A stretch of 64,000 bases of DNA, taken from positions 40,672,001 through 40,736,000 of the forward strand of contig OZ024749.1 of NCBI GenBank assembly GCA_964016885.1. The letters are read 5' to 3'. Positions 1 through 12,879 of this stretch are shown piece after piece. Both the position numbers and the translations under genes were made by a program. Source of the DNA: Eledone cirrhosa (Eukaryota). Below the pieces are notes generated by a model. That model saw only the letters and a program-made list of their open reading frames with translations. It was not told the origin of the DNA and did not search any database. How positions within the stretch are numbered: the stretch's first letter is position 1; every line of letters begins with the position of its first letter.

Positions 1-155
1 TGGGCACTGTGCACAATATTTCGTTATTGTTATTATATCATGACTCATACACTGTTTATTTTCCTGACATTTGTACATTATTCTATGTACTATACATGCA
101 CCTTTGATGAGTTGTAGTGCACCTGAGCACTGTACACAATAATTTCATTATTATA
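1..155 (+). mobile_element. CR1-type LINE 3' UTR fragment
   Basis: Reverse complement of the 3' ends at 13090-13278 and 13468-13700 (gagttgtagtgcacctgagcactgtacacaataatttcattatta). Confidence 0.65.
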
Positions 156-284
156 TTACCCAAGATTCATAGGTATGGTTTGACATGAATACCAAATTGA
201 AGATAGAGAGTTTGGCTTTGACACCTACCCCCTTCTTCTGATTACTGAATGCTGAAGTTGCTGCATTACTGAATATATATACAT

Positions 285-351
<67 letters not shown>

Positions 352-648
352 CACACACACACATACTAAAAAAAGCAGCGTGTCTATCCTGTACAGTGGG
401 TGTGCTGGAGTTACGATCAGATGTTCCCAGTACATACTGTATTGGTTGGTGTTAGGAAAGACATCCAGCCATAGAAACTTAGCTAAAACAAAGCCTACAA
501 TTTAGATAGCACCTGCCCGTTCAAGCCTCAGTATGTGACAGCCTGTCTAACCTATGCAAGCATAGAAATTAGATATTAAATGTTGTTGATGTTGATGATG
601 ATGATGATATGTTAATTTGTTGTTTTTTACTTAATTTAATTATTGCAG

Positions 649-771
649 GAGATTTAAAACGAAACAGTGTAACTTTACAAAATGAACTCTTGAAAAAGAA
701 ACATGAATTATTTGGTCCTGAAGCAAATATGTACAAAATTTTTGTGAATCCAGGTTCATCTATATCAGAAT
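649..771 (+). CDS. NUS1: NUS1 (Nogo-B receptor / DHDDS complex subunit) internal exon; upstream exon(s) lie outside the window
   Basis: ttgcag acceptor and gtaagt donor, phase 1/1, 123 bp; encodes GDLKRNSVTLQNELLKKKHELFGPEANMYKIFVNPGSSISE, resembling vertebrate NUS1 [23 protein letters not shown]; splices in frame to the next exon. Confidence 0.85.
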
Positions 772-851
772 GTAAGTCTATTATGTACACATACATACAT
801 ATGTAAAGGTGTTTTATCATGTCACCAACTCTAGTGGGGTTGCCATGCCTT

Positions 852-887
<36 letters not shown>

Positions 888-888
<1 letters not shown>

Positions 889-1212
889 GTACATGGCTTA
901 GTGGTTAGAGCATTGGTCTTGCAATCGAAAGGTTGTGAGTTCAATTCTCAGACCGAGTGATGTGTTGTTTCCTTGAGCAAGACACTTTATTTCACATTGC
1001 TCCAGTTTACTCAGCTGTAGAAATGAGATGATAGGGACTGGGGTCCCTATCATTCCACGGCAAAAAAGCACCCAGCACTCACTGTAAATGAGAGGTTGGT
1101 GTTAGGAAGGGCATCCGGCTGTAGAAATCAAGCCAGAATCAGTTCCCGTCCCACCCTTGCAAGCAGGGAAAAAGCGGACATAAAATGAAATGATGAAATG
1201 AATGATGATGAT
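888..1212 (+). mobile_element. tRNA-head SINE with RTE-derived tail (intronic)
   Basis: A-box-like tggcttagtgg, B-box-like gagttcaattc, central ccttgagcaagacactt, tail cccgtccc...agcggacataaaatg(atg)n; near-identical copy at 14285-14636 (-). Confidence 0.8.
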
Positions 1213-1309
1213 ATAACAGGATTGATTCAGTTAGAAACTGGTTAGACCATTATTCACCAGAGTACTCGATAACTCTTGCCGTTTCAACAATTATTATATA
1301 TATATATAT

Positions 1310-1882
1310 ATATAAAAGACGTAAAATAAGAACATTTTTTTAAAAATTAACTTACTTACTTAAATTTTCACTCCAACTAATTAGTTTCTGCAATGGGATA
1401 AAGACAGTTACGTAATGAACTGTTGAGAATTTCATTGCGTCATCAGGGAGGTCATTCTCAGCCGAGTCTCCAGGCAATGCGCGGACACTGGGGACTTATA
1501 TAAAAATAATTATAATTCGGTAACTGGAACAGCTATCGAGGACTGGATTCCAGCTACTGAAAATTCACACTGCCACTGATCATATGGCCGATTCTAAAGA
1601 ATCAATCACGTGACACAGAGGCTAGTCAGTAGGAATGGGATGGTAAGATGACAGACGCCTACTAACACCCCCAAAAAAAATTTAGAAGTGGTTTTGGCAG
1701 GTTTGCTCGACAAATCAGTGATTTGGAGATAAATATAGATAATTTAATATATCTACTAACATAAGCGCACAGATGTACGCTAATGCCAGCAAATACACAG
1801 GTTATGTCATAGTACCTAGGTGGTTCAATGCAGGAGAATGCAGAACAATAATATAAAAGACGTAAAATAAGAAAATTTAAAA
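1310..1882 (-). mobile_element. (TA)n-embedded element with short direct terminal repeat (Penelope pseudo-LTR-like)
   Basis: tataaaagacgtaaaataagaa present at both ends; flanked by (TA)n; contains CTGATGA-N6-GAAA on the - strand. Confidence 0.4.
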
Positions 1883-2452
1883 ATATATATATATATATAT
1901 ATACAGGGTGTATCAAAAAGGATCATCTGATTTTATTTACAATTTTTACAAAGGCTCAATCTGCAAATAACTTTGTAAAAATTTATAAGAGTTATAAAAA
2001 AACCTAATATAACTTCATATTCAGACATCATTGTACAGGTTACTACATGATTATATGGTCATTTGTTTAAAAAATATAGAAATATAGCCTTTATATATAT
2101 ATCTCTGTCTGTCTGTCTGTGTGGGTGGCAAAATTTAGTGTGTGTGTATGTGTGGTAAAGTTTAGTGCTTAATTAGTTCATTGTTTTACAATTGTTTCAG
2201 AAGGTTGATTGATCATGAGAAATCAATATAGTGGCTAATCAATAGTAGTTATGTAACTCTGTATCATTATTCTCGACACTATAAATCCATCTCACTGTCT
2301 TCCCCAGAAGGGATTTAATATATTTATTTTTATATATATGTATGCGTATGCATATGTATGTTTGCATGTGTGTATGTACATATGAGTGTGTGTGTGTGTG
2401 TGTGTGTATGTGTATATATACATACAGACACATACTCACACACACGCATATA

Positions 2453-2493
<41 letters not shown>

Positions 2494-2845
2494 ACATGGC
2501 AATCCTCCTTGTGCTGGTGCTACGATCAAAATGCACCCAGTACACTCTGTAAACTGGTTGATGATAAGAAGTGCATTCAGCTGTGCCAAAACTAAGTTGT
2601 ATGTTAGCAAAACATACCCCACCCTCTGCCTGTCTGAGAGGACAGTAGCTCTGATTAAGTACTGACATGGTGGTTATGATGATGATGATGGTGGTGGTGG
2701 TAGTGATGATGGTAGTGGGAGTGTTGATTGTGATGATGGTGGGGGCAGTGATGATGATGATGATGGTAGGTGATATGGTGATGGTAGTGATGATGATCAT
2801 GATTTGTTTTTGTTATTTTGTTTTTCTTTCTTCATGTTATTGAAG

Positions 2846-3004
2846 TACCGAAATGTGGCCGACAGATTTTGGTAAATATTCTCTCCAATGACGATGGTAG
2901 AGGGTCTTTGGTACATATAGCTCAACATCTCAGTGAACAGGTGTTACAGAAGCAATTGAATATACCTGATATAAACCCTCAGTTGATAGACAAGTGTTAT
3001 AAAA
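2846..3004 (+). CDS. NUS1: NUS1 internal exon
   Basis: Encodes (L)PKCGRQILVNILSNDDGRGSLVHIAQHLSEQVLQKQLNIPDINPQLIDKCYK, matching NUS1 [28 protein letters not shown]; phase-compatible AAG acceptor after a pyrimidine tract; gtaagt donor. Confidence 0.88.
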
Positions 3005-3454
3005 GTAAGTTGAAACCATTCTTTTATACCTTTTAATCTTTTACAGGTGTCAGTTATAATACGGTGGTATTGCCTTGAAAGGATTTAACCCTAATGGTAC
3101 AAGTCTTCTGCTTATTTTATTGATCTCTTCTCTTTTGTTTATCATGAACAAACAAACATGAGCACACGCACACGCACACGCGCACACATACATATATATA
3201 TATATATATATGATGTTCAACTAACTATCTTGCTAACTCTGTAGCTTTCTAATTACCTATCTCTCTCTAATTACCTATCTCTCTCTCTATCTTTCTAAGT
3301 GTGAACCTAATATGACTTTGTATTTTTACATCCCTGTGTTTGTTTTGTTTCATTTCATTTATCAACTTTATATATATATATATATAAAAATGTATGTATA
3401 TGAATGTATATATATAAATGCACGTATATAAATGTATATCTATAAATGTATATA

Positions 3455-3680
3455 TAAATGGTATGGACTGCGATGGTATGGACATGCGATGGAGGATGAC
3501 CGATGGGAGAAGTGCCAAGAAATGCCAGTTGAAGGAAGATGTAATAGAGGAAGACCTCAGATTGCTGAAGCTCACGGTGGAGATGACGAAGGATCGTGAC
3601 AAGTGGAGGGATGCTGTGCTGAATAGGACCCGTCCCACACTTGGAAGCAGGGAAAAGCGGACGTAAAATGATGATGTTGA
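3455..3680 (+). mobile_element. RTE-clade LINE 3' end fragment
   Basis: KKCQLKEDVIEEDLRLLKLTVEMTKDRDKWRDAVLNRTRPT, typical RTE C-terminus, followed by a (GAT)n tail. Confidence 0.8.
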
Positions 3681-3834
3681 TATATATATATATATATATA
3701 AATGTATATGAGCAAGGCATGGTCAGCCGACCAGACACTGCCCACAACAGGACAACCCGTCTAACCCATGCTAGCGTGGAAGAACGGACGTAAAACGGTG
3801 ATGATGATGATGATGTATAAATGTACATATATAA

Positions 3835-3878
<44 letters not shown>

Positions 3879-3904
3879 AACTATTTATCTATCTGTCTCT
3901 GCAG

Positions 3905-4004
3905 TTACATATGGTTGTCCAGGTCCTGATCTTATCATCAGATATGGTAAAACAGAATCTCTATTAGGGTTCTCTCCATGGCAATCACAGTTCTCAGAAA
4001 TATT
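3905..4004 (+). CDS. NUS1: NUS1 penultimate exon
   Basis: ctgcag acceptor and gtaagt donor, 100 bp; (I)TYGCPGPDLIIRYGKTESLLGFSPWQSQFSEI matches NUS1 [31 protein letters not shown]. Confidence 0.93.
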
Positions 4005-4312
4005 GTAAGTTTTTTTTCTTTTATCTCGAGTTTTTCTATACTTATCTTTCTTTTTCTCTCCCTGTTGTTGATGGTGGTGATATGGTGATAGTGGTAGGAG
4101 TGATAACGATGATAGGGGTAGTGGGGGCGATGATGATGGTATGATGATAATGAAGGCGGCGGCGGTGGTGGTGGTGATGATGATGGTAATGATGATGTAT
4201 ATGATGGTAGTAATGATGAAAGATGTGGAGTGGTAATGGTGATAATAATAATAATGGTGGTGGTGGTGGTGGTGATGATAATGATTATGATATTTAATTT
4301 TTTTATTTTCAG

Positions 4313-4403
4313 ATCTTGTCCATCACATGTAGATTTGGAATACCTGACATATCTCAGCACTTTAATAGAGTACGCTAATTCATCGCAGCGCTGTGGAAAA
4401 TAA
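4313..4403 (+). CDS. NUS1: NUS1 terminal coding exon
   Basis: ttttcag acceptor, phase 2; (L)SCPSHVDLEYLTYLSTLIEYANSSQRCGK* with the conserved C-terminal RxG motif; TAA at 4401-4403. Confidence 0.93.
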
Positions 4404-4511
4404 CGAGAGGTGCCAATTATCGCCACTTCTCACCTCACTCTCTCTCTCTCATTCTAAATCTCTTCAAAGGTCTAATGGTTGTTTTGTTGTTGCTGTTATT
4501 GTTTCCTTCAA

Positions 4512-4539
4512 AATAAAAATGCCAAAGGATAAAAATAAA
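4512..4539 (+). promoter_or_regulatory. Candidate NUS1 polyadenylation signals
   Basis: AATAAA at 4512-4517 and 4534-4539, about 110-135 nt after the stop codon; AT-rich background makes this weak. Confidence 0.3.
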
Positions 4540-4897
4540 CAAAAAGGACTCAAACTAAAGTGGTACCCCAGTATGGCTGCAGTCTAATGAGTGAAACCAC
4601 AGTATAAAAAGCATTTTTGGATGGAGTGGAATAGGGTGGGGGTGGAATTTTAAGTATTTCCTTGGAAATTAAACCTGATTTTTCCAGAAGACAAAACTTT
4701 GGACCTTTTTAAATGATTACTGAACCAACTTTCCTGTGTCTTAGGAGATCAGGTATGAAAGAGAGAAAAAACAAGTCATAAAGTTTCTTTTTTTTATTAT
4801 CATCATTATTAACATAGGAGATGGCACCTAACAAAGGGAGCTAATTCAGACTTTTTTTTCTTTTTTCATATACTGTGATAGCAGAGTAGCTCTAAAG

Positions 4898-5654
4898 AAG
4901 TGGTTCCGTAAACCTTTTATTATTGAGACCCCATTTTGACAAATCACTAACCCTTCACAGACCCCTTTTTTCGTCCATTTTCGTTAATATATGAAACCAA
5001 TTTGTTACCATATAGTGAAAGACACTACGTATGATTTTCAAATAATTTTGAAAATAACAAAAAATTTGGACACATTTAATAATAATAATATAACTAACTG
5101 TCTGATGATTATTAAGTTGGTTGGTGTCTGGGACATGGCTTAACAAGAGTTCTTACATAAAATTATGATAGATAGGTTTGTAGATAAAAATAAACATTTA
5201 AAACCTTTTGTTATGTTTCTAATGAAAGACACTGCCTATGATTCTCATTATTTTGAAAATAATTAGAAATTTGGTGGGATTTAGTAATATAACTAACTTT
5301 CTTATTATTAAGCAGATGTTTAGAATATAACATAATTTAAAGGTTCTTACATAAAATTAAGTTTTGTATCTTATAACAAGGAACAATTTCAGGTAGTTTG
5401 GTATCAAAAGGGTTATATGAAGAAGAAAACATTTTCAAAGAATTTATAAAATCAACATTTGATATTTTTTTTTGTAAATGTTGTATTGTGGCTCTTATGC
5501 CTCTCTATGGATTGTTCTATAACACATCCATGAACATTTAAAAAAATTTATTTCAAAATATGTCAAAAGTAAAATATATTTATGTTTGCAACCCTTGCAG
5601 TATTTATATTGTGATCCTATTTAGATCACAACCTCCCTATGTTGAGAACCACTG
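4898..5654. mobile_element. hAT-like MITE remnant containing a nested piggyBac-like MITE (4951-5412)
   Basis: Termini aagtggttcc.taaac / gttgagaaccactg resemble hAT CAGTGGTTCTCAAC TIRs (no TSD seen); inner element bounded by taa|ccctt...aaggg|tta; related sequence at about 17020-17430 and 45180-45780. Confidence 0.45.
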
Positions 5655-5815
5655 ATCTCTCTCTCTCTCTCTCTCTCTCTTAGTACATATATTAATATGT
5701 ATCCAGCTATTTAGGTAATGTGTTTGGTGGTGGTGGGTGGAAGCCGTACTTGCTTTGTATATTATCTGTGACTGTCATATAGTTTTTGCAACAACTTTGT
5801 TTCTTAATTGTGATG

Positions 5816-6106
5816 AATATATACCATATATTCTTGTGTATAAATTGCACTGATGGATATATACCATATATACTTATATATAAGTTGCACTGATGGATAT
5901 ATACCATATATACTTATGTATAAGTTGCACTCGTGGATATATTCTATATATACTGTATATACTTGTGTATAAGTTGTATTGGTGGATATATACCATATAT
6001 ACTTATGTATAAGTTGCACTGGTGGATATATACTGTTATGTACTTGTGTATAAGTTGCATTATTGGATATACACCATATACACTTGTGTATAAGCTGAAC
6101 TGTTGG

Positions 6107-6110
<4 letters not shown>
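5816..6110. repeat. About 40-bp minisatellite
   Basis: About 7 copies of ggatatataccatatatacttRtgtataagttgcactgRt. Confidence 0.85.
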
Positions 6111-6154
<44 letters not shown>

Positions 6155-7384
6155 CATAGATAAGCCACACATCCATTTTACATAGAACATATACTATGTA
6201 CCATAGACTTTAAATCCAAGTGTTTTCATGAAAAAGGTGTGACTTAAACATGCATATGTTTATGTGTGTGTATATATATATGTGTGTGGATGTATGTTGT
6301 AGTCTCTTCTAATACAATCATGCTAAGGAGCCGTGGATGTATGTAGATAGGTATGTGAATGAATCACAGAATGGTGTGTGAACTATTGTTATAGTTCTAA
6401 CGAAAGTAAGTAGCAGGAACACGATAGATTGTCCTTTCTTTAGATATATAACATTTGGAGAAATTCCAAGCTTAAACATTCAAATGAATATTTTCAATTT
6501 GATCTTTGTACTTTTGGGAACATGATGGAACTTTTGAATGTAAGAGTAACCAAAGAATTTATTTCATTGAAGATCATGGTTAGGTGTAGCTATTTAGATG
6601 AAGTTATCTGTACTCAGCTTTTTTTAAATAGATTTATGATATACAATTAAACTCTCCCTCCTTCTCTCTTTGTTTTTATTCTCCTAATCATCAATTCCCT
6701 TATATATTAAATTAGAATAATTAAAATGATGTTGAGTAGTTTACAGTGAAGTTATCCTCAAGTAAAGTCACTGCAGTTCAGGTTTGTACTTGAAGCATCT
6801 TTGATATTTGAGGCTTTTATTTTATATATTATTTTTTTAAAAAATCTAAATACAAAGTAAAAAAAAGAACACAAAAAATTAATCATTTCTCTTTTGTTTT
6901 TTCTGTATTATAATTTTACTTCCCCACTTCTGATTCTAAAGTAGTATCCTAACTACAGTAAACTCACCTAAATAATGGCAACTTTGGGGAAATGAAATGC
7001 CACTGTTGTTATGAAGGTTTCCGTTGTCTAGGAAGATTTTTTTTCTGTTTCTTTTTATATATTGTATATAGTCAGGCATCAGTCACACCTTTTTCCACAA
7101 AAATATGTGAAAACCCAGCACTCAAGTTATTAACTGGACCTACAAAAGCTCAATTCACAATATATAGAACATTGTTTTATGTACCGTATATATCTGATTT
7201 AGAATAAGTACATCATACAAAGGGAACTAAAAGGGTTGTTATCAGGGAGGGCATCCATTCATCAGATATTATCTCAAGAAGGACCTCATGATAAGTTTGA
7301 TTAAAGTCTATCATGGAGTCCACTTTAACAGGAAAAATGTTCTTAAAACACTTAGTGTTGTACATGAAATGGAGGTGCAACCAG

Positions 7385-7630
7385 CCTAAACTCTGCTACC
7401 CACCAGACTGAAGAGGGAAAACTGTCCAAATATCAGTTGTTCTCTGATAGGTTTGTGGTAGAGCCTGTAGCAATGGAGACTTCTGGCATTCTTGGCCCCT
7501 GACCACATCCCTGCTCACTGCTATCAGTGGAATTGGCTGGCCGCAGGTGCAAAGTTGAGTCTGTTCCAGCAAATCTCCCTTGCTGTCCTCCAGGACAATG
7601 TATTTTCCAAACTGTTGGCCGGAAGCAAGA
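7385..7630 (+). mobile_element. Decayed CRE-like non-LTR retrotransposon, restriction-like endonuclease C-terminus
   Basis: TEEGKLSKYQLFSDRFVVEPVAMETSGILGP* then LFQQISLAVLQDNVFSKL, matching the K..KY / P.A.ET.G..GP / LFQRIS.A...GN pattern; stop codon and deletions present. Confidence 0.7.
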
Positions 7631-8432
7631 GATGGAGGGTAAGTTAGTTGGAGGTGGATGATACTTGTTCAGGTGTCACACTTGACCCCTTTCATACTTG
7701 TTAGTCATTTCCCTTAGTAACTGTACATGAGTATATCAAGTATATATATAAAATAAATAAAAGGGGAAAAATAGTAGAGAAAATATGAATTAGGGCTGCA
7801 ATATAATACTGTTTTATTAGCTGATAAATGGGGAATTGGTAATTTGGGGCAACAGAAAAAAGCAAAACATTTTAGAATGCATGGGGGTAAAAGGCATTTT
7901 CAAAATGGCGGAAACAAATAATGTGGCGTATTACTGTTAGTTTTTCTTTACTGTAGGACAATTTCAAGTGCCATTAGCTTGAGTTTCTTTGTTACTCTGT
8001 ATGCCGTTACTTCAGAAGTTTATTGTTTGTGTGTATGTTCGTATGTATGTATGTATGTGTGCGTGTATATATATATATATATACACACACTGTTCCCCAA
8101 AAAATCTATTCACACTTCAACAGCACTCTAATTAGTGTGTATACATTTTGGGGGTTGAGACACCATATATATGTGTGTGTGTGTGTGTGTATAAACTGTG
8201 ACAAAAGTATGTAATAGGTGAAAAGGGTTTATAGGTATGTAAATGAGTGTGTATGTGTAAATAGAAAGAATATATAGAACCTTAATCAAGGACATTGATT
8301 AAGTTGGAAACAAAAAACAAAACAAATCAAAACAAACCTTGATTAAAATGAGACAGAAGGGTTTTGTTAATAAAACAAATTATTTTTACCTTAATTTTCT
8401 TGTTTATTCATTTGTGTGTGTGTGTTTTTACT

Positions 8433-8840
8433 TAACTCTAGCATTTAAACTGGCTGTCTCCAGCCAGAATTCTCTTACCTCTTTCTGTTCAAACTGACTG
8501 TAACTTGCTACTCATACTGATGTTAAGATATTGTTCTCTACTTTTTCTTTGCCCACTTACCTGCATGAGGGTCATGAGTGAAGAGTCCTCAAACACTCCT
8601 TCCAACGGGTCCTGTCAGAAGCAACCATCTCCGACTGATCCGGCTGGATCTCCAAGCATGACCAGCCAAGCTCATGGATGTTATCCAACCATCTTGCTCT
8701 GGGTCTCCTGCCTGTTGGTTTCATCTGTAGGTATTGTTCTCAAAATGAATAATATCAAACTCTCATAGATTCAATATTATGTGAGATAAAGCCTTTAGCA
8801 CAAAAATACAATAGTATATATAGAGTAATGTAAATGCTAA
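8433..8840. mobile_element. piggyBac-like MITE copy interrupted by an RTE 3' fragment (about 8540-8727, - strand)
   Basis: Homologous to 17979-18365; the insert reads KPTGRRPRARWLDNIHELGWSCLEIQPDQSEMVASDRTRWKECL on the - strand. Confidence 0.6.
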
Positions 8841-10189
8841 AATACTTTTCTCAGGTATAACACTATCATTTGTGTGTCTTCAGCAGAGTCCATTCAGTTA
8901 GAAGTTTTCAGGTCAGGTTTAACCACAGCTGATTTCTTCCAGTAAGAGAAACAGGAAGAATCGGCACCAGTACTGGATTGGTACTTTATTTATGTATTGT
9001 TGTTTTTTTTTAATTTCAAAATACTCAGATATATTCTTAGCATAAAATTACATAAAAATAATAAAGAATTTAATATTTAGTCAAACATACAGAAAAAGAA
9101 AACAATATTGGAAAGGACTATAAATGCCATAAATGAAAGGAAAAAGAGAGAAAGGGCAAGGACTATTAGGCAATGGAAGAAATAAAGTGGAAAGGGGAGA
9201 GGGTGATGGACTACACTGAGCTCAGAGCAGTGTTTCAGCTGTTACCTTTGTCATTTTGTCCATAGGGATTTCCATGGACAATGGCCAGTGACACCCACTA
9301 CAACAGCCATCCCCCTCGCAGGGCTCCTTCCTCAGATGGGCTGCTGTCGTTCCGATTTTACAGATGTCAGCTGTACAACTTTATTTATTGACCCTGAAAG
9401 GACGAAACTCAGAGTGCAGTTAAGCAGAATGAAAACTGCAGATCATTCTATCAAATATTCTAATAACTCTGCCAATTCATTACCATTTGAATGAAAGAAA
9501 GATATCTTCAATCTTGCATGCCTGCTTACAATAGAGTGGTGGTATTAAATCGAGCATCAGATTAACCTTTAACATCCTGTACTGCCTGAAGCAACATTAG
9601 CAAGACATTTTTGTAAAGTACAAAAAAAGCACTATGATTGCATCAGAATAAAATTTTTACTCTAATACTGTAAATTTTCACAATACTCTGTCCCGTGGAA
9701 AAGATACTATTTTCTATGAAAACATTACTAGATGTTACAAATTAACTCTTAACCTCCTGTACTTCATGAAAGAGCATTAGCAAGACATTCTTGGAAAACA
9801 AAACAGTACCATGATTACATCACATCAAAAATTAAAGTCTACACTAATATTGCAAATTTTCACAATAAATTGTAAACATTTGGAAAAACACATTTTTTAT
9901 AGATTTTTTTCAGTATGCTGAGAATTAAGTATGTTACTTAAACCCTCGGGAGACAGAGAGAGAATAAATAACGCAAAGCAATTTTATCCGACGCTCTAAC
10001 GGTTCTGCCAATTCACCTCACTTAGGACTAAATAATAATTCATAAATTACCTCCCTTAGATGTAGAGTAGTTTCCCTTAGAAATTTTACTATACTTTTGA
10101 AATTTGCTATTTAACTGTTTTTGTCTAGCAGACTCGTTTGATACATATTCCGATACTCTTTAATCTGAGTTCAAATCCCGCCCAAAGAC

Positions 10190-10520
10190 TACCAAATGAC
10201 AGATCTTGGTACTCCATCAAAGGCCTTCTCCATATCTATAAAAGCTAGGTGTAGCAGCTTACATTTAACTATGAACTTCTATTGTAGTTGTCTCACTAAG
10301 AAGGCATCTGTGGTATTCTTTCCTGGCACAAAACCAAATTACATCTCATCTAATTTCACTCCTTCCCTAATTAGTTGTACTAACACTATTTTCCATCACT
10401 TTATAACTTGATCCATCAGTTTTATGACTCTGTATTTGCTTCTTTCTAGAACATCACCTTTTCCCTAACAATAATTATACTGTTTTGGCAGTCATTGGGT
10501 ACGAGAGCAACGTGTATTAT
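10190..10520 (-). mobile_element. RTE-clade LINE reverse transcriptase fragment (decayed)
   Basis: ...KYRVIKLMDQVIK...FGFVPGKNTTDAFLVRQLQ*...LHLAFIDMEKAFDGVPRSVIW with stops and frameshifts. Confidence 0.85.
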
Positions 10521-11012
10521 CTGATTGCAAATGAGTAGCTTGACTCCCACTACCACCATCATTACCACCACCACCACCATCATCATCACTAGCTTCACCA
10601 TCAATATTATCATCACAGTCACAACAGCTGCCACCATCACTATCACCATCACCACCACCACCACCCCCATCATTACCACCACCATCACTACTATCATCAT
10701 CATCATCAAGTATGATTTTAATATATTTCACATCAGCCTATTATTAGTAGTCATCAGCCCAATTTCAAAGTCTTAACTTTCTCAGGTCAGATCAAGTATC
10801 TTTGAGAAGAAATCCCGCCATATTTGTTCTCCTAGCTCTTGCTACCAGAAAATAATAACTGTGGTGAATTGACAGAATCGTTTGAGCATCAGCCAAAAGG
10901 GTTTGAAACATTCAGATATGGACCTTTATAACCTGAGTCCAAATTCCATTGAGGTAAACTTTGGCTTTCAACTTTCTAAGATCAATAAAATTAAGTACCA
11001 GTCAAATACTGG

Positions 11013-11295
11013 TGTGGAGGCACTTGGTTTAGTGGTAAGGGTGTTGGACTTACGATCATAATGTTGTGGGTTTGATTCCTGGGCTGGGTTGCTTGTTGTG
11101 TTCTTGAGCAAAACACTTCATTTCACATTGCTCCAGTACACTCAGCTGAAAATGAGTACTAGCAATAGCTGGTGGGTTTAACCCTGTGATGGACTGGTGT
11201 CCAGTCCAGGGGGAAGTCTAGTAAACTCAGTTGCTTCACGCCATGAAACCGGGATAAGCACCGGTCTAACGAGCCTTCTGGCTTAAGACAGACTT
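11013..11295 (+). mobile_element. Full-length tRNA-head SINE nested in an older SINE (about 10860-11380)
   Basis: 13-bp target-site duplication agtcaaatactgg at 11000-11012 and 11296-11308; A/B boxes present. Confidence 0.85.
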
Positions 11296-12179
11296 AGTCA
11301 AATACTGGGATCAATGTGTTTAATTTCCCTTTCATTCAGTATTGATGACCTTGTGCTTAAAATTGAAACCATTATTATTATGGAAGAAATCTAGTCTGAA
11401 GTACTTTATATCAAAGTATTCGAGTTTGTCAATATGTTGTGTGTTTTTTGATTTCTACAGCTGAGTGAATTGGACCAATGTGAAATAAAGTGTCTTGTTC
11501 AAGAGCACAACATACAGACTGGTCCAGGAATCAAACTCACAACATCACAATTGTAAGCCCGATGCTCTAACCACTAAGCTATGCACCTTCACAATGTTAA
11601 GAGGTGATAATAAGCCCTGAATGGGTTTAGTATCATCCCTTGACAATGCTGGAGATGACAGGTCTGTGTTGTTCTGTAACTTCTCAAAAACATGTTGACA
11701 GAACGATCAAGAATACTGCATTCCTCATACCTCTGACATGGAATGCATACATTGGTATTTGCAAATGGTGTTTATGTCTTATCTGTTGTTCATTCAAATT
11801 TGAGACAGTCTACTTGTCTGGCAGATAGTTTTACTTCTCAAAAGATTCATTGATACATACAAAAATAGCTTAATCTAAAATTTAAAACAGTAAAAATAGT
11901 GATGGTAACATAAACTTTGCTAAACCTTGTCATACTGAAAACTTGAATGTGAAAATATTCTCGAAAAGAGAAAGAGAGAGGGGGGGGGGGGGGGAACAGT
12001 TAGAGAGAGAGAATGATAGATAGGCATATTGATAAATAGAGAGATTGGAGCGGGGGAATAAAGAAAGTCAGATAGAAAGAGAGAGAGAGATGTGAGGATC
12101 CTGAGAGAATAATATATTTACTATGTTTGCCTTCAGAATCGAATGCCAATTATTTTTTAGATTCAGACACATCTTCTAC

Positions 12180-12217
<38 letters not shown>

Positions 12218-12879
12218 CTCTCTCTCTCTCTCAAAGAATAGCTGCCAAGATAAGAAGGAATCAACCCATGATTTAGTATCAACAGTCCAGCCAAGATCTG
12301 GCAACTTACCAATATTGGAATTTATCTATCTTTCTTGGAAAACAAAACAAAAAAATAAGATTAAGTCTGTTTTATTATTTTATTATTTCATTTTTAAAAT
12401 TTGTTTTTTCTTTTTTCATATGCATTTCCTGATATATCAATAAAGTTCATGTTAATTTGAGACTTAGAATAATTGGTTGCTGCTATCAGAGAATCACCTA
12501 CTTCTGGTAGGTTTTGCAATCTGGCTAATTCTCAGTGAATTGTTCTGATAAGATATACACTATACTTAAGGTAACCAGATTACATATTATGCTAACTTAA
12601 CATTTTTACAAAAAAAAAAAAAATAATAATAATTTTGGCGACTATCTCTGACAATCCAACAGCTTTACCATTTTTCATCTTCCAGATAGCTTTTATAACA
12701 TGACTATATTGGGGTGGCCCCTCTTCCATTCACTCATTCTCCATATTCTTCAACCATACATAGTAACATTTCCAGGGCTTTTTCTTCTGATTGTTAGTGA
12801 GTTTAAGTGTTCCAGACTCATTTCTAACACTTTTTTCCATCTGTAGAGGCTTATATACCCTACCTATTAGACTATATAT

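Noticed and set aside
888-960. tRNA-like sequence (also 11018-11090, 51990-52050)
   Set aside because: SINE heads: no intact acceptor stem and they continue into the SINE body
6444-6650. Open frame of about 68 codons after a ctttag acceptor-like site
   Set aside because: No recognisable homology or partner exons; compatible with chance in AT-rich DNA
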